Shown here: piece after piece, positions 19,209 through 30,199 of the stretch
Layout: each line of letters opens with the position of its first letter
Position numbering within the stretch: position 1 is the stretch's first letter
Source of the DNA: an uncultured Planctomycetota bacterium
GTDB lineage: Bacteria > Planctomycetota > Planctomycetia > Isosphaerales > Isosphaeraceae
Assembly: GCA_963737655.1 (NCBI GenBank)
Contig: CAVTTN010000002.1
Location: forward strand, 1,984,001-2,048,000
DNA length: 64,000 bases
Direction: 5' to 3'
The notes under the pieces: model-generated
Database searches by the model: none
The model's input: the letters and a program-made list of their open reading frames with translations, nothing else
What the model was told of the DNA's origin: nothing
Program-made: the position numbers and the translations under genes

Positions 19209-19844
19209 TTATTTGCTGGCCGTCTCGGCGCTCCGGCGATTTGCGGTGAGCGGCTTGGGGTGGAAGACCCGGCCCATCAGGCTCAGCCAGATGTTGCGTT
19301 GTTCGGCGGAGAGGCATCCCAGAGCGGTCGAGCCAAGCCTGGCCTCCGCCTCCGGGTCGAAGCCGCCGGACCGCTGCCGGGCCGCGTCGCGGGCCTTCAC
19401 GGCCCCTCGGATCGTCGCCTTCTGCTCCTCCGCCAGGCCCAGCGTGGACGCCACGATCGGGCGGCTGATCAGGGCCGACGGCCCTTCCCACTGAAGATCG
19501 ATCTGCACGAGCCGTTCCCTCTGCGATTCGGTCAGCTCGGTTTCGATCCAGCCGAACATCTTCCGGTCGATCGCCTCGCGACCGGGCCGGGCCTCGGCGT
19601 TGGGCTTGCCCTTGAGGGCCTCGGCCGCCAGCCAGCATTCGCGGACGGTGGCCTCGGCCGATCGGGCCTGGACCGGCGTGAGGCCCAGGTCCTCGCGGAC
19701 GTCCGAGCGCGTCAGGAGCAGGATCGGTACGACTCGGGTGCCCAGCCGGAAGTCGGGCAACGGCGGGTCTTCGGCCCGGACGGCCCCGATCAGGGCCGTC
19801 AGGACGAGGACCACGGCCGGGAGTCGTCGGGCAATCGTGGGCAT
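19209..19844 (-). CDS. Secreted helical protein (LTxxQ-type repeats)
   Basis: Signal peptide; VREDLGLTPVQ, LTESQRERLVQIDLQ, LSAEQ..W..LMG..F. Confidence 0.75.
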   Translation of the reverse strand: MPTIARRLPAVVLVLTALIGAVRAEDPPLPDFRLGTRVVPILLLTRSDVREDLGLTPVQARSAEATVRECWLAAEALKGKPNAEARPGREAIDRKMFGWIETELTESQRERLVQIDLQWEGPSALISRPIVASTLGLAEEQKATIRGAVKARDAARQRSGGFDPEAEARLGSTALGCLSAEQRNIWLSLMGRVFHPKPLTANRRSAETASK

Positions 19845-20016
19845 GGGTCGGCTCCTTCCGACGGGCACCGGCCCTGATCCGGGGCCGGGCGCTCGGGCGA
19901 CTCTTGTACGTCCCGGGCCGGGATCTGGGAAGGCCAACAAACAGGCCGGGGAGATCGACCGCGAATTGCGGCGGATCTCCCCGGCATGGCGAGAGTTCGA
20001 AAGGACGAGGCAAGAC

Positions 20017-21644
20017 TCAGTTGTCCGGATCTTCGCTCGGCATCGGCGCGCCCTTGGTCGTCTGGCCCCCTCGGTTCGCGCCATTGCCGGTGCCGCGAGT
20101 CGCCGCACCATTCGCAGCACCACCGCCAGGAGCACCCGGTCCGCCCGGACCACCACCGCCCGGACCACCGGGACCACCAGGGCCGCCGTTACCACGACCG
20201 TTCCGACCGCCGGGACCACCCCGGTTCCCCGCCACGTCCTTGGCCAGGGCGTAGAGGTCGATGTCCGGGCCGAGCAACTTGTTGAAGTTGGCCTTCTGGC
20301 CCTTGGTCAGGACCTTGGCGATCTTCGCCTCGGTCGCCTTTTCCATGGCCCGGGTCTCCTCGGTCATCTTGGTCATCCGTTCCCGCATCGCGGCCATGGC
20401 CGCCGGGTCCGGATTCCCCCGATTCCCGCGCCCACCCGGATTGTTGCCGTTGCCGGCGTTGCCATTCCCGTTGCCGTTGCCGTTGCCGTTCCCATTGGCG
20501 TTGGGCTGAGCATCATCGGCCGGATCTTCTGCGGGAGGATTCGCGCGGGCGTTGCCACGAGCCTGAGCCCCACCCTGAGCATTCGCGCCGCCCGGGCCAC
20601 CGGGTCCGCCCGGGCCACCGGGTCCGCCAGGCCCACCCGGGCCGCCGGGGCCACCCGGACCGCCATTGCCTCGCATCCCGGCCCACATTCCCTGCATGAG
20701 CTGGCGCTGGGCTTCCTGGGACTCGGTCAGGACGAGCTGGACCTGTTCCAATTTGTCCTCGTCCATGTTGATCTTCTGGGCGATTTCCGGCCGGGCCACG
20801 GCGGTCACGCCCTCGATCCTCAGGGCGATCTGGGCGAGGCGGGCCTTTTGACCCTTGTTCAGGATCTTGCCGTAGGCGGCTTCCGCTTCCTGGGTCAGTT
20901 GGGTCATCAGCGCCATGACCTGGGGATCGGGCCCGCCGCCTCGGTTGCCCCGCCCGCCCTGGGCGTTGTTCTGCGGTCCATTCTGGCCATTGGCCTGGCC
21001 ACCCCGGGCGTTCTGGCCGTTGGCCTGTCCGCCTCGACCGTTCTGGCCGTTGGCCTGTCCGCCGGCGCGTTACCCTGTCCGCCGGGTGCGTTGCCCGGGC
21101 CGCCGGGACCGTTATTCGCGCCCCCTTGTCGATTCCGCATCTGGCTGAAGAGTTCCTGGCGCTTCTTGTTGACCAGGTCGCTGAGTTCCTTCCACTCTTC
21201 CTTCTGATCGTCCGTCATCTTGAGCTCGTCCTGGAGGACGGTCGAGCGGGCGATGAGGTCCGTCAGCCGGCTGACGGGGGTCGCGGTATCCTGTCCGCCG
21301 GGCCCGCCCTGTCCGCCGGGGCCTCCTCGGCCTCCCGGTCCACCACGCCCCCCGAACCCTCCGCCGCCGCCGACGACCATCTGGCGGAGCATGCGGAGTT
21401 GGTTCTCGGGATCCTCCATCATCGCGGCCATCGGGTTGTTGGCGTTGCCCTTGGCCTGGTCCTTGGTGGCGGCGGGGTCCTCGCCGTCGGCCGCCTTGGT
21501 CCGGGCGGGGCGCGCGGCCTTGCTGGCGGCGGCCTTGGTGGTGCCGGCGGTCTTGCCCGTCTGGGCCAGGCTGAGCCCCGGGAATGCGGTCAGGGCCATG
21601 CCGGCCCCGACGGCGAGCGGGATCAGACGCTTCCTCATCATCAT
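20017..21644 (-). CDS. Secreted Gly/Pro/Asn-rich protein with LTxxQ-type helical domains (frameshift near 21060)
   Basis: Signal peptide, LQDELKMTDDQK, ILNKGQKARLAQIAL, VLTKGQKANFNKLLG, GGP and GN repeats. Confidence 0.75.
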
Positions 21645-21853
21645 GGCGGCATCCTCCGAGACGGCGAGGCGACGAGCAGGGGGGATTGGCCAACCGCTCC
21701 GGCGGTCCGGGGCGTGGCGGGATCGGACCGGCTGACAGCGACGGCCGACCCTCTCACAGGCATCAGCGCCAATCCCGGCCGGCGTGTCCCAACTCTTTTC
21801 CCCGTTTTCTCGAAGTCAAACGCCTCCGCGGATTTTCTCGCGCCCCACGACCA

Positions 21854-22599
21854 TCACGCATGGATTCGCCAGAGCCAGGCCGCCAGGACGACCCCGGCGC
21901 CCAGAGTGGCGATCCGGACGCCCGTCCGATAGAGGCGGAACCGACCCCGGCGGGGAGGTTCCGCTCCGGGAGCCTCGGTCGCGGACAGCCGTTCCAGGCC
22001 TCCCACGGCATTCATCCCGACCAGGTGGACCATCAGGAGCAACAAGAAGCCGAACCCCTGTTCCATCCACGACCGGAGGGGCAGGGCGGCGAGCCTCGCC
22101 CGCGAGGGCCAGACCGAGGCCAGGGTCGAATCGGGCCGGAAGACCACGAGTCGGGCCCCCGCGCGGCCCGGCCCGACTCGTCGCGGACGACCAGGGTGAG
22201 TTCCGCCGGTCCGGACGCCCCGGCCGAGGGCGTCCCTCGGATCATCCCGGAGCCCGCGTCCAGCTCCAGCCCGGCCGGCAGGTCGCCGACGACCGACCAG
22301 GTCTTGGGGCCGGAGCCGCCCTCGGAGGCCAGGGCGAGCGTGTAGGGCCGGCCGGCGATGGCCTCGGGAAGCGCCTCGGGCGTGGAGATCGCAAGCTCCT
22401 TCGTCTTTTCCTTTTCCGACCCCGGATCGCTCGGTTTGGGCGTGTCGGTCGCCTTCGGGATCAGGGCCATGATCACCATCGTCAGCAGGAGGATGAACAG
22501 CAAGGCCCCGGTCAGCTTCGTGACGACCACCGCCACGAACGAATCCTCGCCCGAGCCGCCGAATTCCATCCCCGAGCCGCCCCGTCGCGATCGCCTCAT
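21854..22599 (-). CDS. Membrane protein with a MotB/ExbD-like N-terminal TM helix and an Ig (He_PIG-like) domain (frameshift near 22165)
   Basis: EDSFVAVVVTKLTGALLFILLL; LPEAIAGRPY...GDLPAGLELD..SG.IRGTP; two C-terminal TM helices in the second frame. Confidence 0.7.
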
Positions 22600-22610
22600 G
22601 GCCTCCCCCG

Positions 22611-22660
22611 TTGGGTGCATGCAATGCACCGTCATGTCCGGTGCATCGAATGCACCAAGG
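22611..22660. repeat. Degenerate REP-like doublet
   Basis: Two 17-bp palindromes, GGTGCAT-GCA-ATGCACC (22614-22630) and GGTGCAT-CGA-ATGCACC (22640-22656). Confidence 0.55.
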
Positions 22661-22701
22661 GCCCCGGTGATTCAAAATGGTTGCCGCTCATGCACCCGAC
22701 G

Positions 22702-23931
22702 TCACGACGCCTCTTCGCGATAGACCGAGAACTTCGACTTGACGATGCTCCGGTACAGGGCGTTGCCCTGTTCCATGCTGACGTTGAGCATGTCCAGGGC
22801 GTCCTTGAGGCTGCCGAGGGTCCGGGCGAGCTGCTCCTGGGTGGTCTTGCTCGACTTCTCGAAGGCCGCGGCCCACTGGGCGGCGAGGTTCTCGACGGCC
22901 ACGCACTGGCGGTCGATCCCCCGGCGGATGGCGTCGAGCTGCTCGTCGGTCCCGCTCTCGGCGGTCAGGACGGTTTCGATCCGGGCGAGGGTGGCCACGC
23001 CCTTGCGGATCGAGTCGCCGGCCCCGGCGACGGCCGAGAGCTCGCCGCCGAGCCGTCCGATCGCCTCGGCCCCCCGGTTCAGGCCGTCCATCGCCGGAGG
23101 GAGGCGGTCGATGGCCGTCGAGAACCTGGCCACGTTGGCGCCCAGGCCCTCGCCCAGACGCTCGGCCAGGGCGGCGAAGTCCTCGTGGAGCCGGTCCAGC
23201 CTCGCGGCCAGGGCGGATTCGGACGCTTCCTCGGTCGTCACCGCCAGGACGTGATCGACGATCCAGCGATCGACCCGGGCCAGGAAGTCTTCGGACCGGC
23301 GATGGACCAGGGTCTGGACCAGCATCAACGCCGCGCTCAGGAACAGGGCCAGCAACGTGCTGTCGAAGGCGACCTGCAAGGCCGACGTGACGCTCGTGAG
23401 GTTCTGCATGAACCCGTCGAGGTCCTTGACCATCGGCAAGACCCGGCTGATGTTCATCAGGGCCTTGGAAATGCCCTCGACGGTCCCGATAAACCCAATC
23501 ACCGGCAGGAGATACAGGATATACTTGGTGATCGTGAACCGGCCGGCCGCCTGCTCCTGGTCCAGCCCCGACGCCTCGCGGTTCAGCTCCATCTTCTGCG
23601 ACGAGGACGACGAGGACGAGGCCATCTGCCGGACCCGGGCCGGGAGGACCCGGCGCTCGTCCTTGGCGATCGAGTCCGGCGAGGCGAGGAGGGCCGGGGC
23701 CTCGGCGAACGCCTTCTCATTGGACCAGAGCCGGAACAATTCCGAACCCAGGGCCACCACGGCATAGGCGTAGAGGCCCGTCCCGACGAACTGCTCCCAG
23801 CCTCGCTCGAACATGAGCGTGGGGTTGAAGATCATCAGCGAGACGGGGAACGCCAGGGCCAGGCCCAGCATGGCGAGCGTGCCGGGATAGGCCAGGCGAG
23901 AGGTCTGGTGGGCGGCGGGTCGGGACGACAT
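22702..23931 (-). CDS. MotA/TolQ/ExbB proton-channel family protein with a long helical C-terminal tail
   Basis: ATG after GAGGAG; LPVIGFIGTVEGI and LQVAFDSTLLAL motifs. Confidence 0.88.
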   Translation of the reverse strand: MSSRPAAHQTSRLAYPGTLAMLGLALAFPVSLMIFNPTLMFERGWEQFVGTGLYAYAVVALGSELFRLWSNEKAFAEAPALLASPDSIAKDERRVLPARVRQMASSSSSSSQKMELNREASGLDQEQAAGRFTITKYILYLLPVIGFIGTVEGISKALMNISRVLPMVKDLDGFMQNLTSVTSALQVAFDSTLLALFLSAALMLVQTLVHRRSEDFLARVDRWIVDHVLAVTTEEASESALAARLDRLHEDFAALAERLGEGLGANVARFSTAIDRLPPAMDGLNRGAEAIGRLGGELSAVAGAGDSIRKGVATLARIETVLTAESGTDEQLDAIRRGIDRQCVAVENLAAQWAAAFEKSSKTTQEQLARTLGSLKDALDMLNVSMEQGNALYRSIVKSKFSVYREEAS

Positions 23932-24092
23932 CGGGGCCTCCTCCTGGGCCGACGCGCGGCGACCCGGCGATTCCGGCATCGCCGATCCGCGCGACACAAT
24001 CCGTATCATCGGCGCAACCCCGGCCGATCTTGACTCGCCTGTCTACCCCGAAGCCGCCGGGAGGTCCAGAGCAGTCGGCCCGAGGCGCGAGG

Positions 24093-24560
24093 TCACGCCT
24101 CCGAGAGCTTCCGGTAGCGATGCTCCGCGAAGCGCTTCCAGCCCGCCTTGTTCCTCGATTCCACGGCCCAGGAGAATCCCTCGTCGTCGCCCGGCCAGTA
24201 GATCATCCTGGCGAGGCCGGCGGGCATCTGGGCCTCGAAACCGATGGCCTCGGGGTGGACGTCGGTCACGTCGGCCAGCTTCCCCTCCGAACGCTTGCCG
24301 TCGGACGTGAACGACCAGAAGACGAGCGATCCCCCCTCGCCGGGCCCGAAGACGGCGTGCTCGATGTACGCTTTCTCCGCGAATTCCCACCGGGCATCCA
24401 GCAGGACGTAAGAACGGTTCAGGGCCCGGGCGAAGGTCCGGAAGCAGACCAGGGGCCCCATCGGCGAATCGGTTTCCGCCCTCCAGGCCCCGATCAGAGG
24501 GTCCAGGACCCCCAGCTTCCCCCGTCCCTTCTTCCACCGACGCCCCTTCGCATCGCTCAT
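24093..24560 (-). CDS. Hypothetical beta-barrel-like protein
   Basis: LDPLIGAW, FWSFTSDG; coding-like composition downstream of hpnD. Confidence 0.7.
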   Translation of the reverse strand: MSDAKGRRWKKGRGKLGVLDPLIGAWRAETDSPMGPLVCFRTFARALNRSYVLLDARWEFAEKAYIEHAVFGPGEGGSLVFWSFTSDGKRSEGKLADVTDVHPEAIGFEAQMPAGLARMIYWPGDDEGFSWAVESRNKAGWKRFAEHRYRKLSEA

Positions 24561-24585
24561 CGGAGGGCTCCCGAAAGGTCTCGCG

Positions 24586-25449
24586 TCATCGCGACAGCCC
24601 GGCCAGGGCGCCGAGGGTGATCGCCGCCTTCTTCCACGAGGGCAAGGAGATCCGACCGGCCAGGACGTTCCAGTCCCTCCGGGCGATCTCGTCGAGCAAG
24701 GCCCGGTAGATCCCCACGATCGCCCGGAGGACCGGCCGGCCGACCGGCGCCACGAGTCGGATCAACGGCGCGGCCTCGGCGTAGAAGTCATACGCGCGAC
24801 GGCCCTCGAACTCGAACAGGGCGCGGACGCGGTCGCTGGGCACGTCGGCGCGGAGGTCCTCGGGCGTCACTCCGAATCGTTCCAGGTCGTCCTGCGGCAG
24901 GTAGATCCGCCCCTGGCGGGCGTCCTCGCGGACGTCTCGCAGGATGTTCGTGAGCTGGAGGGCCACGCCGCACTTCTCGGCCAGCGCCTCGGCCCGACCC
25001 CCCTCGGAGCGATAGCCCCAGATGTGAATGCACGACAGCCCCACGGCCGACGCCACCCGGTAGCAATAGGCGTACAGGTCGTCGAACGAGGCGAACGGCC
25101 GGGGCTCGACGTCCATCGCCACGCCGTCGATGACCTCGTGGAGATATCGGGCCGGGATCGCGTGGCGAGCGACCGAATCGGCCAGGGCGGGCAGGCCCGG
25201 CCAGGCGTCCGGATGACCGTCCAGGGCGCGGTCGAGGTCGGTCCGCCAGCGGTCCAGGGCCTCGCGCTTCCCCCCGCTGGGGCCGGGCTCGTCGGCGAGG
25301 TCGTCGGTGTGGCGGAGGAAGGCGTAGAGGGCGCACATGGCCCGCCTTCGCCCGGGAGGGAGCAGGAGGAAGCTGTAATAGAAGTTCTTCGCCTCGCGTC
25401 GCGAGACCTCGGCGCAGAACCGATAGCTCGCCTTGAGGGCCGCGTCCAT
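24586..25449 (-). CDS. hpnD: Presqualene diphosphate synthase (phytoene/squalene synthase family)
   Basis: NFYYSF, YAFLRHTDDLAD, YCYRVASAVG, LQLTNILRDVRED, GRIYLP. Confidence 0.88.
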   Translation of the reverse strand: MDAALKASYRFCAEVSRREAKNFYYSFLLLPPGRRRAMCALYAFLRHTDDLADEPGPSGGKREALDRWRTDLDRALDGHPDAWPGLPALADSVARHAIPARYLHEVIDGVAMDVEPRPFASFDDLYAYCYRVASAVGLSCIHIWGYRSEGGRAEALAEKCGVALQLTNILRDVREDARQGRIYLPQDDLERFGVTPEDLRADVPSDRVRALFEFEGRRAYDFYAEAAPLIRLVAPVGRPVLRAIVGIYRALLDEIARRDWNVLAGRISLPSWKKAAITLGALAGLSR

Positions 25450-25452
25450 CGT

Positions 25453-26403
25453 TCAGGCCCCCCCGTCGGCGGCCGGCCGGACCCGGGCGCGAGTCGCGAC
25501 CGGGGCCTTGCTCATCCAGAGGGCCCGGAGCAGCAGGCCGGCCTTGGCGAGCTTCCCGAGCTTCGGGCGCCCGGTCAGCACGTCGAATTTCCTCGCCGCG
25601 ATCCGGTCGAGGATCGCCAGGCCGCCCCGGGTGAAGAGGTCCACGTCCACGGCGAGATCGCGGGGCATCCGGGCCACCAGCGGCCAGCCTCGGTGGAGGA
25701 GCGTCCGGGCCCGATCCACCTCGAATTCCAGGAGGGCCGCGAACTCGGGCGTGAACCGCCTGGCCCGGAGGTCCGGCTCGGTCACGCCGAACCGCTCGCG
25801 GTCGTCCCGGGGCAGGTAGATCCGGCCGATGTCCAGGTCTCGCGAAACGTCCTGCCAGAAATTCGCGAGCTGGAGGGCCGAGCAGGTGCAATCCGACAGC
25901 GCCGCGTTCTCCGGGGACATGCATCGGCCGAGGTAGAGGACCAGATGCCCGACCGGGTTGGCCGATCGCGTGCAATAATCGAGCAATTGCTCATAGGAAT
26001 CGTATTCGAGGACGTCCTGGTCCTGCTCGAAGGCCGAGATCAGGGCCTCGAACGGGTCGATCGGGATGGCGAACTCGGCGACGGTCGCGGCCAGGGCGAT
26101 CATCACGGGATGGCGGGGGGCCTCCCCGGCGAACATCGAGCGGAGCTCGCCCCGCCACCAGGCCAGGAGCTCGCGCGAGCGTTGGCGGTCGCCGAGTTCG
26201 TCGCCCAGGTCGTCGGACCACCGGCAGAAGGCGTAGATGCTGGCGAAGTGGGGCCTCAGCGGGCGAGGCGTCAGCCAGGTCACGACGCTGAAGTTCTCGT
26301 AGTGCGAGGCCGTGAGGCCGGCGCAGTAGGCGAGGGCCTGATCCGGGGAGGGGACCGTCGGGCCATCGGGCCCGAACCGGGCGAGGTCGTCGGCGAACGG
26401 CAT
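25453..26403 (-). CDS. hpnC: Squalene synthase HpnC
   Basis: HYENFSV, YAFCRWSDDLGDE, SAFEQDQ, YCTRSANPVG, LQLANFWQD. Confidence 0.92.
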   Translation of the reverse strand: MPFADDLARFGPDGPTVPSPDQALAYCAGLTASHYENFSVVTWLTPRPLRPHFASIYAFCRWSDDLGDELGDRQRSRELLAWWRGELRSMFAGEAPRHPVMIALAATVAEFAIPIDPFEALISAFEQDQDVLEYDSYEQLLDYCTRSANPVGHLVLYLGRCMSPENAALSDCTCSALQLANFWQDVSRDLDIGRIYLPRDDRERFGVTEPDLRARRFTPEFAALLEFEVDRARTLLHRGWPLVARMPRDLAVDVDLFTRGGLAILDRIAARKFDVLTGRPKLGKLAKAGLLLRALWMSKAPVATRARVRPAADGGA

Positions 26404-26626
26404 GGGCGGGCTCGCGAGGGGGGCAGGTCCGGGAGGGGATTCTAACGCCTCGCCCCCGGGCTTGCCCAGGGGGGCCGCACGCTCGACAGCCTCGGAGACG
26501 GTGTGCTAGATTCGGGCCCGACCGCCGGGACCGGGCCGGCGGAGCGCTCCCCACCAACCCGGCCCGACGGCGCGACGTGCGCCCGGGGGCCGCCCGAGAC
26601 GACCCGAGCCGAGGTGTCGCCCAGCC

Positions 26627-27289
26627 ATGAGACAGGGACTTTTGATGACCGCCATCCGCCGGGGCTGCCTGGCCCTGCTCGGGACCATCGCCGTGGCGTC
26701 GTCCACCGCCTCGGCCGCCGACAAGCCGGTCGTGGTCGTGGAGACCAGCCTGGGCAACATCACGATCGAGCTGGAGCCCGAGAAGGCCCCGAAGACCGTC
26801 GAGAATTTCCTGAAGTATGTCGATGAGGGCTACTACAACGGGACGATCTTCCATCGGGTGATCGGCCCGAACCCGCCGGGCAACCCCGACGGCTTCATGA
26901 TCCAGGGCGGCGGGTTCGACCAGAAGGGCGTCGAGAAGAAGACCCGCCCGCCGATCCCCAACGAGTCCCTGGCCTTCAACAAGAAGGGGATGAGCAACCA
27001 GCGAGGGACCATCGCCATGGCCCGGACGCCCGACCCGAACTCGGCGACCTCGCAGTTCTTCATCAACCTGAGCAACAAGAACGAGCAGCTCGACGAGTAC
27101 CAGAGGGCCGGCTACGCGGCCTTCGGCAAGGTCATCGGCGGGATGGACGTCGTGGACAAGATCGCCAAGGTCGAGACCGGGGTGGGCAAGCTCACCAGCC
27201 TCGTCGACGGCGAGCCCCTGGCCGGGACGCATCAGGACGTGCCGTTGCAGCCGGTCGTCATCAAGACGATCAAGCGCAAGGCCAAGTGA
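26627..27289 (+). CDS. Cyclophilin-type peptidyl-prolyl isomerase, exported
   Basis: [50 protein letters not shown]. Confidence 0.95.
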   Translation: MRQGLLMTAIRRGCLALLGTIAVASSTASAADKPVVVVETSLGNITIELEPEKAPKTVENFLKYVDEGYYNGTIFHRVIGPNPPGNPDGFMIQGGGFDQKGVEKKTRPPIPNESLAFNKKGMSNQRGTIAMARTPDPNSATSQFFINLSNKNEQLDEYQRAGYAAFGKVIGGMDVVDKIAKVETGVGKLTSLVDGEPLAGTHQDVPLQPVVIKTIKRKAK

Positions 27290-27497
27290 AGCCGAAAGAA
27301 AGGCGGAGGCCATCGGGCCGCCGGGGCCTCCCCGCCGCCTTGACCCCCCTCCGCCCGCCTCTTATCATGGTCGGGCGTCGGGGGGCCTCGACGGGAGACG
27401 CCAACGCCCGTCCCGTCCCGTCCCCCTCGCCCGGCCGCCGCGGACCGATCGCTTCGAATCGATCCGAACACCGTCTACGAAGGAAGGAGCTTCTGGA

Positions 27498-27797
27498 ATG
27501 GCCCACGTGGTCGCGGAGCCGTGCTTCGACTGCAAGTACACGGACTGCGTCGTCGTCTGCCCGGTCGATTGCTTCTACGAAGGGGACCAGATCCTCTACA
27601 TCCACCCGGAGGAGTGCATCGACTGCGAGGCCTGCGTGCCGGAGTGCCCCGTCGAGGCGATCTTCCACGAGGACAACCTCCCCGACGACTGGAAGGAGTT
27701 CACCGAGCTCAACGCCGAGATGGCGCCCAAGTGCCCGGTGATCACCGAGAAGAAGTCGGCCCTGGAAGGCGAGTCCTGCAACAAGGCCCAGCACTGA
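27498..27797 (+). CDS. fdxA: 7Fe ferredoxin (FdxA type)
   Basis: [18 protein letters not shown] and [20 protein letters not shown]. Confidence 0.93.
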   Translation: MAHVVAEPCFDCKYTDCVVVCPVDCFYEGDQILYIHPEECIDCEACVPECPVEAIFHEDNLPDDWKEFTELNAEMAPKCPVITEKKSALEGESCNKAQH

Positions 27798-27956
27798 GCG
27801 CCCGCCCCGAGGCCGAGATCGGCCGTGACGCCAATCACGGCCCGATCGTGACCATACCATCCGACAGGGGCCGCGATGGCGATCCCTCCCTCGATTCTCG
27901 GAGGGATGGATCGCCATCGCGGCCCTACGGCGTTCCCATCGTATCCGGGCCGGCGA

Positions 27957-28871
27957 TCAGCGGATCTCGGACCCGGAGATCGACTCGCCCCCGGCCCGGG
28001 TCATCAGCTTGACCAGGACGTCCCGCTTGATCGTCGAGGTCAGCGACTTGACCGAGCCGTCGGCGAAGGCGTAGTTGACCAGGCCGTCGTGGTTGCTCGC
28101 CCAGTAGTTGTAGTAGTTCGTGCCCGGGATCGGCTTGTTGATCTGCCGGTCCAGGGTCGTCCGGACGCAGCAGCTCGTGGCGTCGGGCCAGGTGCCGTAG
28201 GACTTGAGGTACGAGACCTCGCCGTAGAGGATCGTCGTCGAGGTCCCGTCGCGGATGTCGGCGATGGTGACCTCGGAGTCGCAGTAGTTCGTCCCGCTGT
28301 CGAAGGACAGGCAGGTCGGGTCGGTGATCGAGCTGGAGACGCACCCGGGGATGGTCCCGGCGGCCATGTTCGCCCGGTAGTCGATGGTCCCGTACTTCAC
28401 CACCTTGCCGTTGGTGGTCGTGGTCCCGACGTTGGTGCCCGACGCCTTGCCCTTGGACGGGCACTGGAGCATGTCGATCTGCCGGGTCACCGAGGTCATG
28501 TTGTCGGGCCAGTTCACCGGCAGGTAGAAATTGATCTCGTTGAACAGGTTGTCCTGCTCCATCTTCTGGAACAGGCCGACCATGCCGTTCCACATGTAGC
28601 TCTGGGCGCCCGTCATCGAATAGTTCGGGTCGTTCTGGTCGGCGTACCAACCGGCGGGGAACGAGCCGAACGAGTCGTGATAGTTCTGGGACGCGATGGC
28701 GAGCTGGTGGAGCTGGCTGAGGCACTTGGCGCGGTTGGACGCCTCTCGGGCCTTCTGGACGGCCGGCAAGATCAGGGCGATCAAGACGCCGATGATCGCG
28801 ATCACCACCAACAATTCGATCAGAGTGAAGCCGCCCCTGGACGGCCGTCGTCCCGTCTCAATCCGTCGCAT
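27957..28871 (-). CDS. DUF1559 prepilin-type protein
   Basis: [32 protein letters not shown]-terminal H-x9-DG motif ([12 protein letters not shown]). Confidence 0.95.
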   Translation of the reverse strand: MRRIETGRRPSRGGFTLIELLVVIAIIGVLIALILPAVQKAREASNRAKCLSQLHQLAIASQNYHDSFGSFPAGWYADQNDPNYSMTGAQSYMWNGMVGLFQKMEQDNLFNEINFYLPVNWPDNMTSVTRQIDMLQCPSKGKASGTNVGTTTTNGKVVKYGTIDYRANMAAGTIPGCVSSSITDPTCLSFDSGTNYCDSEVTIADIRDGTSTTILYGEVSYLKSYGTWPDATSCCVRTTLDRQINKPIPGTNYYNYWASNHDGLVNYAFADGSVKSLTSTIKRDVLVKLMTRAGGESISGSEIR

Positions 28872-29096
28872 GGGAACACCTGTCGCGAAAGGGGCCCGGG
28901 CACGAGAGAGGAACCGCCATCTCCCAGGCTAACCGAGAGGGCGATTCAATGCAATCATAGGATGATCGGCTTCCCGGGTATGGAAATCCCGAATTCCGCG
29001 TCGAGAGGTTCCGACCGCGAACACCCCTTGTCTCCATCTCGGGGCCTATGAGACCCTGGAATGCGCGGGTGCCTCGACGACCATTCGGAGGTCATC

Positions 29097-29342
29097 ATGT
29101 CACTTCTTGATCTCTTGCCCGAGATCGGCTCCCTCTCGCGGCACGACAAGCGAACGCTTTTTGAATGGCTCGCCGCCGATCTCGCCCGGGGCGAGGAACC
29201 TCCCGTTATTGAGGCCGATCGAACCTTTCCGATCTGGTCGCCCGATCGAGCCTTCGGCGCGGCGGCCGAGATGCTCCGGGCGCTTGAGGAGGACGCGAAG
29301 GGGCCGATGGTAAGCGCCCGGGAGCGGATCGCGCGCCCGTAG
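29097..29342 (+). CDS. Small conserved hypothetical protein
   Basis: ATG after GGAGG; LS..DK..L...LA..E...PIWSP..AF.AA..L pattern; stop TAG lies within the following REP. Confidence 0.65.
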   Translation: MSLLDLLPEIGSLSRHDKRTLFEWLAADLARGEEPPVIEADRTFPIWSPDRAFGAAAEMLRALEEDAKGPMVSARERIARP

Positions 29343-29397
29343 GGCAGGCCTTGGCCTGCCGAGATTGGCGAAGACGGCAGGCCAAGGCCTGCCCTAC
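29339..29397. repeat. REP doublet (GTAG family)
   Basis: GTAGGGCAGGCCTTGGCCTGCCG / CGGCAGGCCAAGGCCTGCCCTAC, perfect 23-bp inverted repeat between convergent genes. Confidence 0.88.
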
Positions 29398-29421
29398 CCA
29401 ACCCGTCACGCGCAATCCGGT

Positions 29422-30054
29422 CTAGCTCAGCTCCACCGACCAGTAGGCGTGGTCCAGAAACGTCTTCCAGCTCTGGTACTTGCGGTGGGTGAGCTTGAGG
29501 CTGAGGATCGGCGAGGTCTTGGGCTGGACGGGCTCCTTGATGAGCTTCATCCCGGCCTCCCACGGCGTGCGGCCCCCCTTGCGGACGTTGCACTTCAGGC
29601 AGGCGCAGACGATGTTGTCCCACGTGGCCTGACCGCCGCGGCTCCGGGGCATCACGTGGTCCAGGCTCAACTCGCTGGTGGCGAATCGTCTCCCGCAGTA
29701 CTGGCAGCGGTTGCCGTCTCGGGCAAAAATATTTCGGCGGTTAAATTTGACTTTTTGACGGGGCAGTCGGTCGTAACCGAAGAGGCGGATGACCCGGGGC
29801 ACCTGGACCTCGAAATGGACGGTCCGAACGAACTCGTCGTCCGGCTCCTTGAAGCGGCTCCGGGCCTCGGAGACCTCTCGCCAGGAGGCGAAGTCGTAGG
29901 AGAGATAATGGCCGTCGTCCAGGACGATGACCTCGGCCAGTTCCTTGACGAGGAGGCCGAACGCCCGGCGGACCGGGATCACGTGGACGGCCATGTACAG
30001 CTTGTTCAGGACGAGGACGCTGGCGTCCAGGGCCGGGGTGGCTCCGAGGCTCAT
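29422..30054 (-). CDS. HNH endonuclease (McrA-like)
   Basis: VLVLN, RRNIFARD..RCQYCG, DHVMPRSRGG..W.N.V.AC..CN.RKG.RTP.EAGM. Confidence 0.93.
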   Translation of the reverse strand: MSLGATPALDASVLVLNKLYMAVHVIPVRRAFGLLVKELAEVIVLDDGHYLSYDFASWREVSEARSRFKEPDDEFVRTVHFEVQVPRVIRLFGYDRLPRQKVKFNRRNIFARDGNRCQYCGRRFATSELSLDHVMPRSRGGQATWDNIVCACLKCNVRKGGRTPWEAGMKLIKEPVQPKTSPILSLKLTHRKYQSWKTFLDHAYWSVELS

Positions 30055-30087
30055 GGGCTGGCTCGCTCCGGTCGGGAAGAGAGGGTC

Positions 30088-30189
30088 AACCGCCAGGACA
30101 CCGAGGGTCGCGATCTCCGGGAGAAGAGTCGGGGCAAAAGCCTAGGGGACGTCTTCTCGGCGGGTCAGCCTCGGCGGTCTCCGGCGGTC
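30088..30189. repeat. Degenerate relative of the 4339-4491 MITE-like family
   Basis: AACCGCCAGGACACCGAGG ... CCTCGGCGGTCTCCGGCGGT imperfect inverted ends. Confidence 0.35.
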
Positions 30190-30199
30190 ATCCTCCTCC

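Noticed and set aside
21854..23931. Complete Zorya defence system
   Set aside because: The partner has no OmpA-like domain and no zorC, zorD or zorE is adjacent.
29422..30054. HNH gene as IscB/Cas9-like or a mobile homing nuclease
   Set aside because: There are no RuvC motifs or flanking element ends; it fits the ordinary stand-alone McrA-like family.
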